Of a stretch of DNA of 64,000 nt, positions 25,316 through 39,200 are shown piece after piece (positions within the stretch are counted from its first letter, which is position 1; the number at the start of each line of letters is the position of its first letter). This stretch comes from Podarcis melisellensis (taxonomy: Eukaryota). A program made the position numbers and the translations under genes. The stretch lies in NCBI GenBank assembly GCA_964234715.1, contig OZ174276.1; one strand, given 5' to 3'. A model generated the notes under the pieces. That model saw nothing but the letters and a program-made list of their open reading frames with translations. It made no database searches and was not told the origin of the DNA.

Positions 25316-25445
25316 GTATGATGTTTTGCAAGGAACGTGATTTATAATGGAAGGAATTGTTCATCAGCATTGAAGCTGGAGAAGCAAATAGTCTGTGATG
25401 CTGACCTGTGTTGCTTCCATTTGTTGCCTCAAAATGTTTCTTTAG

Positions 25446-25565
<120 letters not shown>

Positions 25566-25982
25566 TAATTTTGCTTGTAATTTCCGTTGCTATTGCTCTT
25601 GAGTGAATTTTCATTTTGTGTATGTATTTTATTGTGTTTTGTACTTCAATATATAATTAGTTGTTTTGTGATTTTAAACTATTGCAAGGGGGCGGGGAAT
25701 TATATTAAACAAACAAATCATATGGTCTGCCTCTGCTCCCTTAACTCATTTTTTAAGGGATCAGGAGCATTACATAGGTACTGGTTGTAACCAGCATAGT
25801 GTTGTACAAAAAAATCAGGAACCATATGGACAATATTGTTGTTTGCCTTAAAACAGGGTTGCCAAGTCAACCAGCAGCTGAATTTCTCTGAAAGCTTTTG
25901 CTCTTCACTTCCTGGTATTTTCCCACCTTTAAATGACTTTAACTTCTAAATCTTAACTGCTGTTTGTTTTTTGTTTATCTAG

Positions 25983-26189
<207 letters not shown>

Positions 26190-26624
26190 TAATTCATTTC
26201 TTTTTCCTTAAGCTTGTTTGCAAAAATCATATCCTTCACATCTCTGTTCAAACTCTAGTTTGGAGTTGCCAAACCAATTGTCGTTTAGCAGACAAGTGTT
26301 TCATTATTGCTTGCTTAACTATCCTTTGGCTGGCTGGGAATGTTGCAACTCTCTTTTTCTGACTTGGTTCTCCCGTTTGCTTTTTAGTCAGTGCAGAGTA
26401 AAGGAGTATAAGAATTGCCACTGCTGTGGCTTGCTGAAGTGGTGTAGATGGGACAAGCAGCTAGGCTAGGTGCATTATGGTTTAATGTCACCTCTTCATT
26501 AGTTATGCTATCCTCAAAGTAAGTGGCACTCTTCTCACCTGTCTAGGCCAGATTGGCCTAGTAACAGCATATATTCTGCCTAGTTTGATCAATTACTTCC
26601 TGTGATTTCCCCCCTAAAATCTGG

Positions 26625-26790
26625 GCTCAAGGTCATCCAGTGAATCTGGTTGGCAGGAGATTCAGGAGAGGCAAAAGGAAATACATTTTCGCATGACAAT
26701 GTGTAAAATTCTCTGCCCGATATCTGAAGGCTACTATCTTAGATAGCTAAGGGAATTGGATAAATTCATGCCGGGTAAAACTGTCAGTGG
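26625..26790 (+). mobile_element. CR1 LINE fragment
   Basis: GGTCATCCAGTGAA...GGAGATTCAGG..CAAAAGGAAATAC resembles the CR1 3' ORF2. Confidence 0.5.
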
Positions 26791-27326
26791 GTGTCAAGGG
26801 TTTTTTGCTTTTTTGTTTTGCATTTAAGGTTAGTGGGGTGGCCTCTTATTCAGAGCTCTGTCTGTACATTTGTGGTCCTTTATTGCACTCTGGCACTTCT
26901 GCTGAGGGAAGGGCCATAATTCAGTGAGAGATGGCATGTTTTGCATGCAGAGGCTCTAGAGCTGGATTCCAATGTTCTTCACCCCCCAGTAAGTGTTCCA
27001 ACTAGTGTTGTGATCTGGCAGCATCGGGAGGGCCCTCAGTTGAGTCCCTAGCATCAACAGCGAAAGGGATCTCTGATAAGGTAAAAGAGACCTCTATGTG
27101 ATACCTTGGAGAGCTTTTGGCAAAGTAGACTATGCAGGGCTAGATGGACTGATGATCCCACTTGGGAGGAGTAACTTCATAATTTATTCTAAGAAATGTA
27201 TACCCTGTCCTTCCATGGTTATCAAACTGCTTGGGGCAGATTGTTTATGCGTGTGAGTGTGTGTCTGTGTACAGATCAGGGCAAATGTTTTTGTGATGCT
27301 ACTACATAACTGTTAATCCCTTCTAG

Positions 27327-27409
27327 GTTATGCAAAACTACCTTTCAAATGGTTTGACTACCTCAGGGAAACGGGTTCAGTAGCAGCCCCTGTGAAGTTC
27401 TTTAACAAG
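27327..27409 (+). CDS. MBTD1: MBTD1 coding exon 12
   Basis: GYAKLPFKWFDYLRETGSVAAPVKFFNK; ttctag| and |gtaaga. Confidence 0.95.
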
Positions 27410-28352
27410 GTAAGACCAAAATATTTCACAGTTGTAGTGTACCTACAATTTGTGGTGCTCATTCCTTTGTTGGCAGCCCCATAGAATCTAGAAAATGTCT
27501 TCACATGTAGCTGTTATAGAAAAGCATCTTAACTATAAATAGAAAAGAGTACTGGCAGATAAGTACTTTCAGTAGATTCACCCTGTGGATTTAAGACTAA
27601 TTAAATGCAATGGTGGTTGAAGAAGGAAAAGAGTTATCCCAGTATTGCAATATTGGCATTTGAATGCTATATGAACACCTTTAGTTGGAACAGGAATATC
27701 ATAGCTGGGATGTAGTGAATGCACCCATTTCTGTGCCTCTCTTCCTTGAGGATATGCAACACTGAAAAACTCAGATATTTTATGTCATGTATGCAAGTCT
27801 TGTTTTGCATGACCGTACCAAATTAAATTAATTTTTTAAAAGAAAAGCTTATTAAATCATTGGTTCCATTCTGAAGCCCACACTTCAGTTTCCAAAAACT
27901 GAATATATTAGAGATTCAATTATCAAAAACCTTTCTGTTTAACATGTTACATTAAGGGCTTTCCACTTTCACTTATGCACCAAAGTGCTAGGGAATTACA
28001 ACTGTTGAAAGGGCCACACCCTCAACAGATATATCATTTAGGCAATATTGATATGGTATCCTATCCTGTGGTTCATTCCAGCTTTACCACTACCTTGGGG
28101 CTGGATGGCTGTCAGTGGTGGACCTAAGTATGTACCAGATTTTTCTGTTCACTGAAAAACACACATGGATGGAGCCTATTTAACTAAAGCTTCCATTCCA
28201 CCTTAAAAGTACCAACTGACAGCTAAAGTAAAGCATGACCAGGTAACTTGACTTGGGATCTCATGAACCCAGTATTTATAACCAAAGTGAACTAAAGGTC
28301 TGGTAGAAAGCTCTAGGAGATCCCAAGTGTTGTGCTGGATCATCTGTTACTA

Positions 28353-28762
28353 CCCTGTTTTCCCGAAAACAAGACAGTGTCATATATTAATTTTTGCCCC
28401 CAAAGATGCACTAGGTCTTATTTTGGGGAGAATTATGAGTCAACCAGACTCCGTTAGGGCAGAGCGAGCAGCAGACGGCAACTTGTCCTGCCGGCGGCGC
28501 AGGCTCTCTGATTTAAAGAGACCTCATACTGTCTGAACAGCTCTGGCTGCGCTGTGGCCAATCAGTGAGCTGCGTGACGGCACCCGCCACTAGGGTCCAG
28601 AGGAGTCAGACGCCTTACAGTAGCTTCGGGGGCCTTATATTCCGGGGAGGCCTTATGTTCGGGGGAGGACTTATTTTCGGGGGATGCCTTATATTACAGC
28701 GAGAGGTAAAACTGGAAGTAGGTCTTATTTTCAGGGGATGTCTTACTTTCGGGAAAACTGGG
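28353..28762. mobile_element. Tc2/pogo-like MITE
   Basis: TA|CCCTGTTTTCCCGAAAACAAGACA ... TGTCTTACTTTCGGGAAAACTGGG|TA; subterminal CTTAT(A/T)TTCGGGG repeats. Confidence 0.8.
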
Positions 28763-28893
28763 TACATACCTTGGTAGAATGAGAGTGCTCACAAGTGTAA
28801 GGAAATGTACCAGGAGAGAGAAAGGTTCCGTTATGGGAGAGGTGACTGTGAACATGTTTTAATCACAAAACTTTGCTTTTCAAAGCAATATGA

Positions 28894-29193
<300 letters not shown>

Positions 29194-30135
29194 TGAAACG
29201 TAGCAGACCTCTCTATGGTAATTTTTTTCATAGCTTTGTTTCTATTTTTAGATTTCAATCTATTTTCTGCCAGGTTACCAGCTAGCGCAAGGGTGTAGTC
29301 TGGGCAAACGGCTTGGACTTACACAATGCCATTTGCTTAATACTCCAGAGCTCAATCCGTTAGTCAGTAGTACTTCAGGGTGTTTGTCTTATTCTGTCCC
29401 TAATCACCACTGATATTTGGAAGGCAAATAAGAAAGCAAGTTGCTTTTAATGCAGTATTATTGGGAATACTGTATGGTCATGTAGATTAGCAAGTAATTT
29501 TGCATTTATTCCTTTAATTAACTAATTTCTTACCTGCCCCTCAAGGTAGTTCACAAATATACAATGAAGAGATAAACATTGTATGTGTTTGCATTGTTAC
29601 TATATTTTTATCCTATTGTTCTGACTTTTGGTTTATTTCTCTGGTTCATTGCAGTCTTTTAATGATGCCCTTACAATGATCAGTTATAGTAGAGTCATAT
29701 AACAGGCTTAGCAGCTTGACTCTATTAGTTATCAGTTGTACTGAGCATATTTTTAAAGGCAGAATGGCTCTGATTAGCCCAGATGGTGTGCATTTTGTAT
29801 GGTAAAATGATTTTACACGTGAAAGTATTAATCATTCCTGACTTGGGGGAATGATTCTGTGTAGTTTACTACCCTGCAACACAGTTGTTAATTCACATCT
29901 GGATCATTTTGCTTCCTATCACGTTATAATCACTTTGTCAAATGCGGGATCAAATAATGTGATATTAAAAGAAATGAGGGGCTCTGTCTAAAATTTCAAG
30001 AATATTCTGCAGTTTCAAGAGGCACAGGGCTAGAATTATACTGAATATAGGTGCTGCTGTCCACGAGGCTTCTGAAACACAAAGCACACAAAAAGGTGTT
30101 TAAATTCACTTTCTTTTTAAAAACATATATTTCAG

Positions 30136-30213
30136 CATCAAGAGATGGTCAGTCAAGCTCGTCAAAGCAGAAGAAAAAGTCAAAGTCACAACAATACAAA
30201 GGACACAAGAAAA
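30136..30213 (+). CDS. MBTD1: MBTD1 coding exon 14
   Basis: SSRDGQSSSSKQKKKSKSQQYKGHKK; ttcag| and A|gtgggt. Confidence 0.93.
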
Positions 30214-30615
30214 GTGGGTAACAGAAATTATTTGTTTTTACCTTCTTGCTGCAAAACTGCCTTTTTCTCTCAGGAAAAATGATGGTTGCGAATGATGCTT
30301 TCTGTTGAAATGTTTTTCAAGCTTAAAGTGCATTATGGCACAAGGAAAACTTTTTAAATTGAGTATTTTTTTTGTCACGTGAAATAAAATAAAGTGCAAA
30401 TATAAGTATTTTTTTAAAGCAAACTCTGTGGTAGTTTCTACTTAATATCTTGGTTTCAGTTTTAGGTCCTTTCATAGAAAACTTTTTCTCTCCAGAATAA
30501 GAGATTGATTAATTTTTGTTTAGGGTAGTACTGTCATCTTCACCAAGATAAGATAGATGATATATTTTATTATCATAGAACTAAAAATTAATGCTTTTTT
30601 TAGATTCACATAGAA

Positions 30616-30752
30616 CAGGCATAGGCAAACTCGGCCCTCCAGATGTTTTTGGGACTACAACTCCCATCATTCCTGACCACTGGTCCTGTTAGCTAGGGAT
30701 GATGGGAGTTGTAGTCCCAGAACATCTGGAGGGCCGAGTTTGCCTATGCCTG
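30616..30752. mobile_element. Intact palindromic hAT MITE (137 bp)
   Basis: TIR CAGGCATAGGCAAACTCGGCCCTCCAGATGTT with perfect 8-bp TSD acatagaa (30608-30615 / 30753-30760). Confidence 0.92.
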
Positions 30753-31991
30753 ACATAGAATTAATTTCAATCTAAAGTTAGAGAATACTGTAATCAGTTA
30801 TAATAAGTATACAGAGTAAAGTGAGGGTGAGTGTAGAAACAGAAATGAAGAATTATTTTTTGAAGTGAGAGCTTAGAAAAGAACTTTAGCATAGAATGTT
30901 TTATTGCATGTCTTGACCATTATAAGGTTAAGTTGGCATTCTTTATATTTTGCTTGATTGGTTTTCATGCTGGTATTTTCATCTGAAAGATGACAGCTTT
31001 TTGTGGCTACAGGAGCTGGCAAGATTGATCCATAGAGTTAATACCTATGGAGGGTCTGAAACACTGGAAAGACTTCCTTGCGTAGGGAAGTGTAATGAAA
31101 TTGTACTATATTTTAGCTAAATTAGATTTTAATTTGAAAACTTTATTTTGGACAGGCACACATTACAGCTGAGCTGTTAAGTTTCTCTTAATGGCTCAGC
31201 CTACATGGAACTTTTAATTTAGTTCCAGGTAGTGTAAATCATTAGAATTGAAATTACATCCATTGTACATTGTATTCCTTTGTATTTTTATTCTGAAGCA
31301 AGTCCCACAGGCCTGGTTCAGATACTTGGTTTACAGTTTGCTAAACCATGATTTTTAGGAGCTGGAAACAAGTGATGGAACCACCCCCTCCCACCTTTGA
31401 TATCTTCCTTCCACCTTGCTTACCCTCTGGTTTAATAAAACCACAGTTAATAGTTACGTCCAAAACAGGAAACTGCGGTTTAATGTTAGTTTTACCAATC
31501 AGGATTTTAAATTCTGAAGTTGTTTTAAGATCCTTGTTGGTAAACCAGTATTAAACCACAGTTTAGAAACAGCAGAGAATGTTGGTTTGGTTAAACTAGG
31601 ATGCAAGTAATGAGGAAGAAACATGTAATCTCAGTGCTTGTTCCCATTGCTAAAACTGGATTAGTAAGCTTGGGAGTAGAACATACAAACCAGTGGATAG
31701 CCTTACCTGAGTGTGTTTGGGATTGTAGCCTCAGCCAAATTCCTTCTGAAATGCCAAGTTTCCCACTTATATTAAACAACAAACGGAGAGCATGACCAGT
31801 CCGTTGTATCTGGAAGCAGGTAGGAGCGTGTGTGAGTTGAATGGAGATGGAGAGGAAGGTGAATCCTGGTGTATCTGCAAACATACTGTATCTTGCCCTG
31901 TAGAACTGGCACATTCTTTAGCTTGAATTCTGTTATTTTATTGGGAAATGGAATGTTTCTTCTTTTTGGATTTCCAGAAAGGCTCAAACAC

Positions 31992-32289
31992 CGGCGGTTT
32001 GAATCCCCGCAATGGGGTGAGCTCCCGTTGCTCGGTCCCTGCTCCTGCCCACCTAGCAGTTCAAAAGCATGTCAAAGTGCAAGTAGATAAATAGGTACCA
32101 CTCCGGCGGGAAGGTAAACGGTGTTTCCGTGCGCTGCTCTGGTTTGCCAGAAGCGGCTTAGTCATGCTGGCCACATGACCCAGAAGCTGTATGCCAGCTC
32201 CTGCGGCCAATAAAGCGAGATGAGCACCGCAACCCCAGAGTCATCCGTGGCTGGACCTAATGGTCAGGGGTCCCTTTACCTTTACCTTA
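31992..32289 (+). mobile_element. 5'-truncated Sauria SINE
   Basis: Colinear with 9845-10137; (ACCTTT)n tail. Confidence 0.88.
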
Positions 32290-33725
32290 CAAATATTTTA
32301 ACTCTCTCTTTCCCCTTTATCATGACAGTTAATGCAAAGTCATTAATTCCAATAATGAAACTCCTTAGTGTTGCTTTAGAGTTAGACAAATTGTAAATTC
32401 ACAGAAGGCTATAGACATTTTCAAAGTAATAAGGCTAGGACAAAACCTGTATGCTAAAAATGAGACGCTAAAATGATGTTGGAGCTTGTTACTCCTTCTG
32501 CACCTTTCTTAGCTCAACCCTTAATTTAAAGAACTCTTCTGAGATGGAGGAACTAACAACCATGGAGACTATTGTGGAGCAAGCCTCTTCTTTCATCCTC
32601 TTTGTTTGCTTTTGACTTTGCTCTATAGCGATTTTCTCCTTTGATCTGACCCCATTAAAAAAAACTAATGTGTTGGAGCCTTAGGTGAAGTTCAGCTAAA
32701 ATGCTTTATTTTATGTGGCAGGACCTAACTCCTTGAATGTGTATTATTTGACAGTGAACTAAAAGGAAAATTATAAATCTGCCTCAGTTTATTATGAGAT
32801 GGAAATAACTAGTCTGATTAGTCCTACTGTATATTGATTTTCTGCTCTGACTCTTGGCATTTTAAGTTGAAGAAAGCTTTATTTATTTACCATGCTTTAA
32901 TTGTAGGAAGCTGTAAACCAATGCAGCTGGATTAATTCATGACAGTGCCTTCTTCTTACAAGCATTTAGTAGTTATATTTATTATATTTATATTAAAAAT
33001 TATAAGCTGATTTTTAGCCAAAGAGGCTTCAAAGCAGTCTACAACAGCTACATAATGCAATAAGCATTTTCAAAAATAAATAAATAAAAGGAATTTGCAC
33101 TTTTTTCCGATGGCTGCTTAGTTCACTTGGGAATATTAGTACATACAAGGTGAGGGGTTTAGGACTTTCATGAACTTTAGTACTTTTTAATGCTGACCAA
33201 AAAAGACCACTGGCTGTTTTAGATTGTAATAACGAAGACTTTTTGCTTACACCACCTATGTCTGAGAAGTAGACAAAATGAATTGTACTAATCTAGCAAG
33301 CATACAGTGAGAATATTTTGTATTGGAATGTCGTTACCAAGTGAGAGTACCACCTTTACAAAGCACAGCTTCCTGGAATTGGGAGAATATTCTGCTCTCT
33401 GGGATACCCTCATCACCTGGCTCAGAAGGCACGTGTAGCATCTGTGAAGCTGATCCTGACTTTGATTATTAGGATGCAGCAGCTACTACCGTTTTCTATT
33501 TTCTCCTGTTTCTCCCCTCGGCCCAAGCCCAACTCCCAAATTTAAGCCAGACAGAGGGAGCGAGAAAGCAAAGCACTTGCCAATCTCTGCTCATTGATGT
33601 GCCCATGGCAAGAAACTGTGACACCTACCATCAGATAAGCACACAAGTACTTCGGCATGTCTTTGGTCAGTTTGGAAAGCCAGATGCTTAAAACCAGGAA
33701 GGGAGGTGACGTGATGCTTTTACGG

Positions 33726-33841
33726 CAGGCTTCCTCAACCTCGGCCCTCCAGATGTTTTTGGCCTACAACTCCCATGATCCCTAGCTATCAGGACCAGTG
33801 GCCAGGGATGGTGGGAACTGTAGCCTCAAACAGGAAGCCTG
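33726..33841. mobile_element. hAT MITE related to 30616, internally deleted
   Basis: CAGGCTTCCT...AGGAAGCCTG ends; shared GGCCCTCCAGATGTTTT..CTACAACTCCCAT core. Confidence 0.75.
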
Positions 33842-33941
33842 TTTTAGGATTTGTGTAGGAAAAAGCAGCATTCATACCTGTCGGCCAGAGGAGTGCTTCA
33901 GGCAAGCCAGCGCTGCACATAGACTCATATGTACTGGTAGA

Positions 33942-34103
33942 ATAATAATAATGATAATAATAATAATAATTAATAATTTATTATTTATACCCCGCCCATC
34001 TGGCTGAGTTTCCCCAGCCACTCTGGGCGGCTTCCATAGAAACCAAAAATACACTAAAATATCACAGATTAAAAACTTCCCTGAACAGGGCTGCGTTAAG
34101 ATG
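33942..34103 (-). mobile_element. L2-like LINE 3' end with (ATT)n tail
   Basis: Same sequence as 59282-59416 and 11490-11532: TTTATACCCCGCCCATCTGGCTG..TTTCCCCAGCCACTCTGGGCGGCTTCC. Confidence 0.7.
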
Positions 34104-34302
34104 TAGAACAAGTCGGCTTCCACTTTAAGCCTGCCAAAGAAGTTCATTCCAGGAGAAGCCAGTTCAAGGGTAGAGTGAGTATTTTCACACTTAGGTGGAG
34201 ATGCCCAGATAGGGGCTGAAGTGAGTTTACAGAGATTACCCTTCCCAAGGTTCCGAGATAGGAGGTTCTGAGAGCTCAGAGTTCCATAGCTGGAACCCAG
34301 GT

Positions 34303-34536
34303 AGAAGAGTTTGGATTTGGATTTGATATCCCGCTTTATCACTACCTGAAGGAGTCTCAAAGCGGCTAACATTCTCCTTTCCCTTCCTTCCCCACAACAA
34401 ACACTCTGTGAGGTGAGTGGGGCTGAGAGACTTCAGAGAAGTGTGACTAGCCCAAGGTCACCCAGCAGCTGCATGTGAAGGAGCGGAGACGCGAACCCGG
34501 TTCCCCAGATTACGAGTCTATCGCTCTTAACCACTA
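34303..34536 (-). mobile_element. Squam3-like SINE
   Basis: Reverse complement of the 17996-18242 family. Confidence 0.85.
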
Positions 34537-36069
34537 GATGGCCTGTGGAGATGGGTCCAGGTCATGATAGTGCTAAGGATTATGTTCCCTATCACAATTT
34601 AGACCATGGCTGGTGACAGCTACTTGTGGAGAATCTGTAAGAAAACAGCTGTGGGGCCGTGACCTGCACGGGGGTGTCTATATTGCTTAGCTCCCCATTG
34701 TAGTCTTGGTCTGGATTTCGCTTCTCTGCATCAATGGGAGTTTCCCTCTCAGTGCAAATAGCAGCCTAATCATTCATGCATTTAATGAATGCGTGAAGAA
34801 TCTCACATCCATTTTGGTGTTGTGTGTGGAGAAAATAAAGGACCTATTTGAGCAAAATGCAGAAATCTGCAGTAGTTCAGTAGCTACTGTAATATTCTTG
34901 TCTTTAACCTTCCATGGCAGAAGCTTGAAATACAAATTACTTTAGGTAGAACATGACAGTTCACAAAGAGCCTCAGTAGCTTTTTGACAACTTGGCAGAG
35001 TTTTTTTCCACCTTGGCAGAGGTTTTATTAGCATGAAACATACTGCAGTGAATTTAATACTAAAAGTGCTATAAAATGGAGCCCATTCTAGTAATACAAC
35101 ATGGAAAATAGAATACCCACCTGCCACACAGAAGGTGGGACCACACTTTTTTGGTTCTCCAAGCATTCTTGCATGAAAACACTTGTTAGTCAAGGGCATC
35201 ACAGAATATTCACATGCTATCATACTATTCGTTTTTCTCATATTAGTGTGCTGTAGTAGCTGCTGTACATTTTTATTTACATATCCATTCATGATCTGAG
35301 AGATGTTGCCTCTCAGAATCATTGACTGATGAGTCCTGCCTTCTGAGTCAAGTCAGAGAGGGTCGCTTCCATAGAGGGAAGCTTCTTCCACCTGTTGAAG
35401 CAGGAATTCACAGGTAAGATCTTACTACCACCTACACAGAAATTCTTCAGTAAACATAGCTTCTCAGGGTTATTTTTTTGAATTTCAATACATTTGCCCC
35501 ATGATTTTTGGGTGGCAAATCTGCATTTTTTATGGAGCAGCTCTTCAGATTGGTCATGTAGGCACTCTTTACTTATCAAGAGACAATGGATTAGAGGTAT
35601 CGTAGAAAGTAGTTTTTTTGTATAGCAGAGCATGTGCTTAATTGGTGTGACTTTATGAAAACCCTTAGTTTGCAGGTTTTACACAAAATTTAGCCTGTAA
35701 TTTTAAGCTGCTACTGAGGAATAAACCCAGAGGTGAGACGAGCAATATGAAACCACCAATTTTTTCACTAACAAATTTGCTTTTAAGGGTATTTCTTCCA
35801 TAAAGAGAGTGGTAAATTTAAGGTGATTCCTGAAAATGTGTTGTCATAGGAGGATGTTTCATAGAGTTCTGTGGCTCTGCCATGAGTCACCAGCATCACT
35901 TTCCAAAATAATTCCTTTGGCTGTAGTTAACGAAGATCTGGGCATGCACCGAGGTGTCCATAAGTCAAGTGAGCACCAACTGGAGGCCTTTCTCAGTGAG
36001 TGATTAGTCTTGAGTTGCTTTAACACACTTTGATCTAAGTGTTTTACTTTAGTTTGACTTGATGTTTAG

Positions 36070-36261
36070 AGAGGAAGATACCAGTTGGGAAGAAGCCTGT
36101 CAGTTTGTCGAGCGTCCCCATGACAGGTGGGGTGCGGAGGAGCTTCTCTGGTGATGAAGAGTTGACTCCTCCTCAGTATCGAACCCTTCCAGCACAGACA
36201 GCCCCGGAGGCCTGCCAGCCTCCCAGGACTAGCAGAGAGTTCAGTCCCAGCCTCAAAACAG
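36070..36261 (+). CDS. MBTD1: MBTD1 putative in-frame cassette exon (192 nt, phase 1-1)
   Basis: tttag|AG...ACA G|gtaatt; open 64-codon frame continuing exon 14: KRKIPVGKKPVSLSSVPMTGGVRRSFSGDEELTPPQYRTLPAQTAPEACQPPRTSREFSPSLKT; GC-rich versus AT-rich flanks. Confidence 0.78.
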
Positions 36262-39200
36262 GTAATTGGTCATGTAAAAAAAAAAAATCGCTTATTAATG
36301 GAGGGCAAAATTGATTGAGGATCAAGCATGGTCAGGCATGAAACATGCTGACTCATTGCCGCCCTCACTTTTCATTTAAAAATAGAAAGAACATCCATTT
36401 CCTCCAGTATTTGCATCAGCCCATGAGCCCATCTCATTGAATTAATCACAAGTGTTGAGTCCCTGTTTTTCCCTGCTGCTTCAGAACTCAGCAAATCTCT
36501 TCAAAATGAACTAAATGGAAGTGCTTTCAATGTACATATTGAAACAAAGTGAATAAGTGCCAATAGATTTCAGTTATCACTGGATATTATTTTATATCCT
36601 GGATGTCATATCCAAAAATAATCAATGGTCACCCTAAAAAAAAAAAGAGGGAAACTAGTTTTGGAAGATTTTAAAAACATCACCCCCCAAAACTTAATAG
36701 ACCTCTGTCAACAGCTTGCCATATTTTTCTTTAAGCTGAAAACAGATTTCAAAATGAGAAACACTCTCATTTATATGTCCCCAAAATAAGTCCCTGTCGT
36801 GTGTTACTATTCTGATTATCATTCTGACACAACGAACAGGAGAAAATGAGCAGAATGAAAGGGATTGAGTCACACTCGAGATCAATACAAACTGTGTAAG
36901 GTTGACATAGATGCCTCTTTCCAGCTGTAAGAGAATTGAAAGTACAAAGCAATTTACTCTCAACAGTGTTTAGTGTGGAAATAGGTGCTTATTTAGTCTG
37001 AAGTAGATGGCTGCCTCTAAGAAAATGCAGGAGCTTATATTGTCGGTCTAATTCAGAGTTCCACTATGGAGAACTCCCCCACTTGCTGGGCTTAATAGTG
37101 GAAAGGGTAGCACTGCATGCGCAAAGGATACTGGCAGCTCATTAAAGTCTTGTCAATGTCCATATGTAGGTTGAAACAAAATGGTGCCCACTTGGAAAGG
37201 TTATAAAATATGCTAGGTTTCAACTCTAGAAATATAAACAAGTTGGGTCTGCTCCCCTTCCTTGTGAAGTCTAACTAATGCAGAAATCTGGCGAGATTGG
37301 GAGGTTCTTTTCTGGACATAACCCAATTTGGACTCCACCAGAATCTATTGTAGGATCTTTCCTGTTCCAGAAGGGGCTTTGCAATTTTCAGGCTTGGCCA
37401 CAGATGCATATTGTCATGTACCTGTGGAATGATTGGTATGTTCCTGTGCATAAAGGCCACTGCAAAGGCTGCAGTTTGCTTGACATGAGTCAGTCTTTGC
37501 CTGCCAGCACCAAACAGCTGTTTTGGTATTGAGCAGGAAAGGTCCCATTTACACCATGCAGCGGGTTGCAGCGTGCACAGGGTCTCTGAACAGCGAGGAA
37601 CCAAAAATCTGCAAAGCCACTCAGTTTTACCACCTTCTGCTGGGGTAAGTGTCTTTCCCCAGTAAGCATACTGAAGACCTATGGCATATTTAAAACAATA
37701 GGCAGAAAGCCAAGCGCAGCTCATTATACATCCTCATTTTTCGGTCATTACAACATCTCTATACAGATGCATTGTTCAGTGGTAACTCACCTCGCTACTT
37801 AAAAGCTGGTCTTGTTTCCTTGAGTGTTCACACTACTAACTTTGTTTGTATTTTAAATGTTAAGAATTGTAAAACTGGTTGCATTTTTTCAGCACTGAAA
37901 ACTTCAAACCTTTAGGTAATTTTTGAGAGACTGGTCTCTGGGAGAACATGCAATGTCCCCAAATGAGTCCCATTTTTATACATGCATACAGTGTTAATTG
38001 ATTTGACGTAGGGTCTACAATGCACTGAATTTCCAAGGTTGCAAGGGTAGTGGGCTGGGGGCGGGGCTGATGGGGAATGCTACAGGACCTCAGTGAGTTT
38101 ACAAAAGTTCAGAAGAAACTTACACATATCTGCTACCTTCTTGCCTTCTGATAATTCTCCATGTTTACCCTAACCAATAAAACATCAGAGTCCCATATAT
38201 CTCCTTGTATTGTACTGACCCGGCTGTGTGGCTTTTTGAGATGGCTTTTCTTTTTGCAATATGCCCTTTTCTAATCCTTCGGATGAAATGCTTTATTTGT
38301 GCCACTGTCTCAGGCATGTTGAAAGATCAGAAAACAGGTATTTGATGATAGGGATGAAATTACCCTCTATGCTTCCTTCCATCAATTACTAAGGGTAGTG
38401 CCAGAATACCAGCTTACTTTGAACTGTAGCTGCGGAATTTCACCACTGGGATCTACATGTGAGAGGTCCATTTTCAATATGAAATAATGATGTGATGATG
38501 AAAAAGCATGTTCCCCCCCTTTTTTTTGGTGCACCTATTAAGAGCAATGGAGCATAGCTCCATAATGAATTTTGTAACCTAAAATTTAGGTCCTCTTGCC
38601 AAATAGAAATAACTAGAATGAACTGAACAAAATATTTCCTGTGGTGTAAGATGAAAATTGAGAGCATTATAATGAGCAACAAGACTTCATTATTATGCAT
38701 GATATTTTCTACCTTTAATTAACTCCTGTAGCTGCAGCTGAGTTATTTTCTTCATGTTCCCGAGGAGCTGCCTTGACTCCAATTGCTACTGCACTAATAG
38801 AAAGAAAAATATCTCTTTCCCCCCAATGCTATTGCCATTTTGTAAATCACCAGTATTTTTGTATTTGAAGCTAAAAGAAATAAAACAGGAGCTTGAAGCA
38901 AATGCTATTGTTTACTGAGCTCTTACACAAAATAAATAGGTTGCTTGCTCTTCTGTGACTCCATCCTAGTTACTGCCTTTGTTAGAAAGATGAAATGGCC
39001 CTGGTGCACTGCCCAGAGAGTTATTGTACCCAAAGATTCCCAGCGTTTCAAAAGTGTTCTGCAATTGGCATGGAAGTGATTGCCCTTTTGAGACCTAAAG
39101 CCTTTGTAGACATGTTGGACATGTGGTCCTTTCTTCGGGGTCATTGTGACCCCAAAGTCCAGCTGCTCTCAGTCTTTGATTGTTATGGAATAGAATATGA

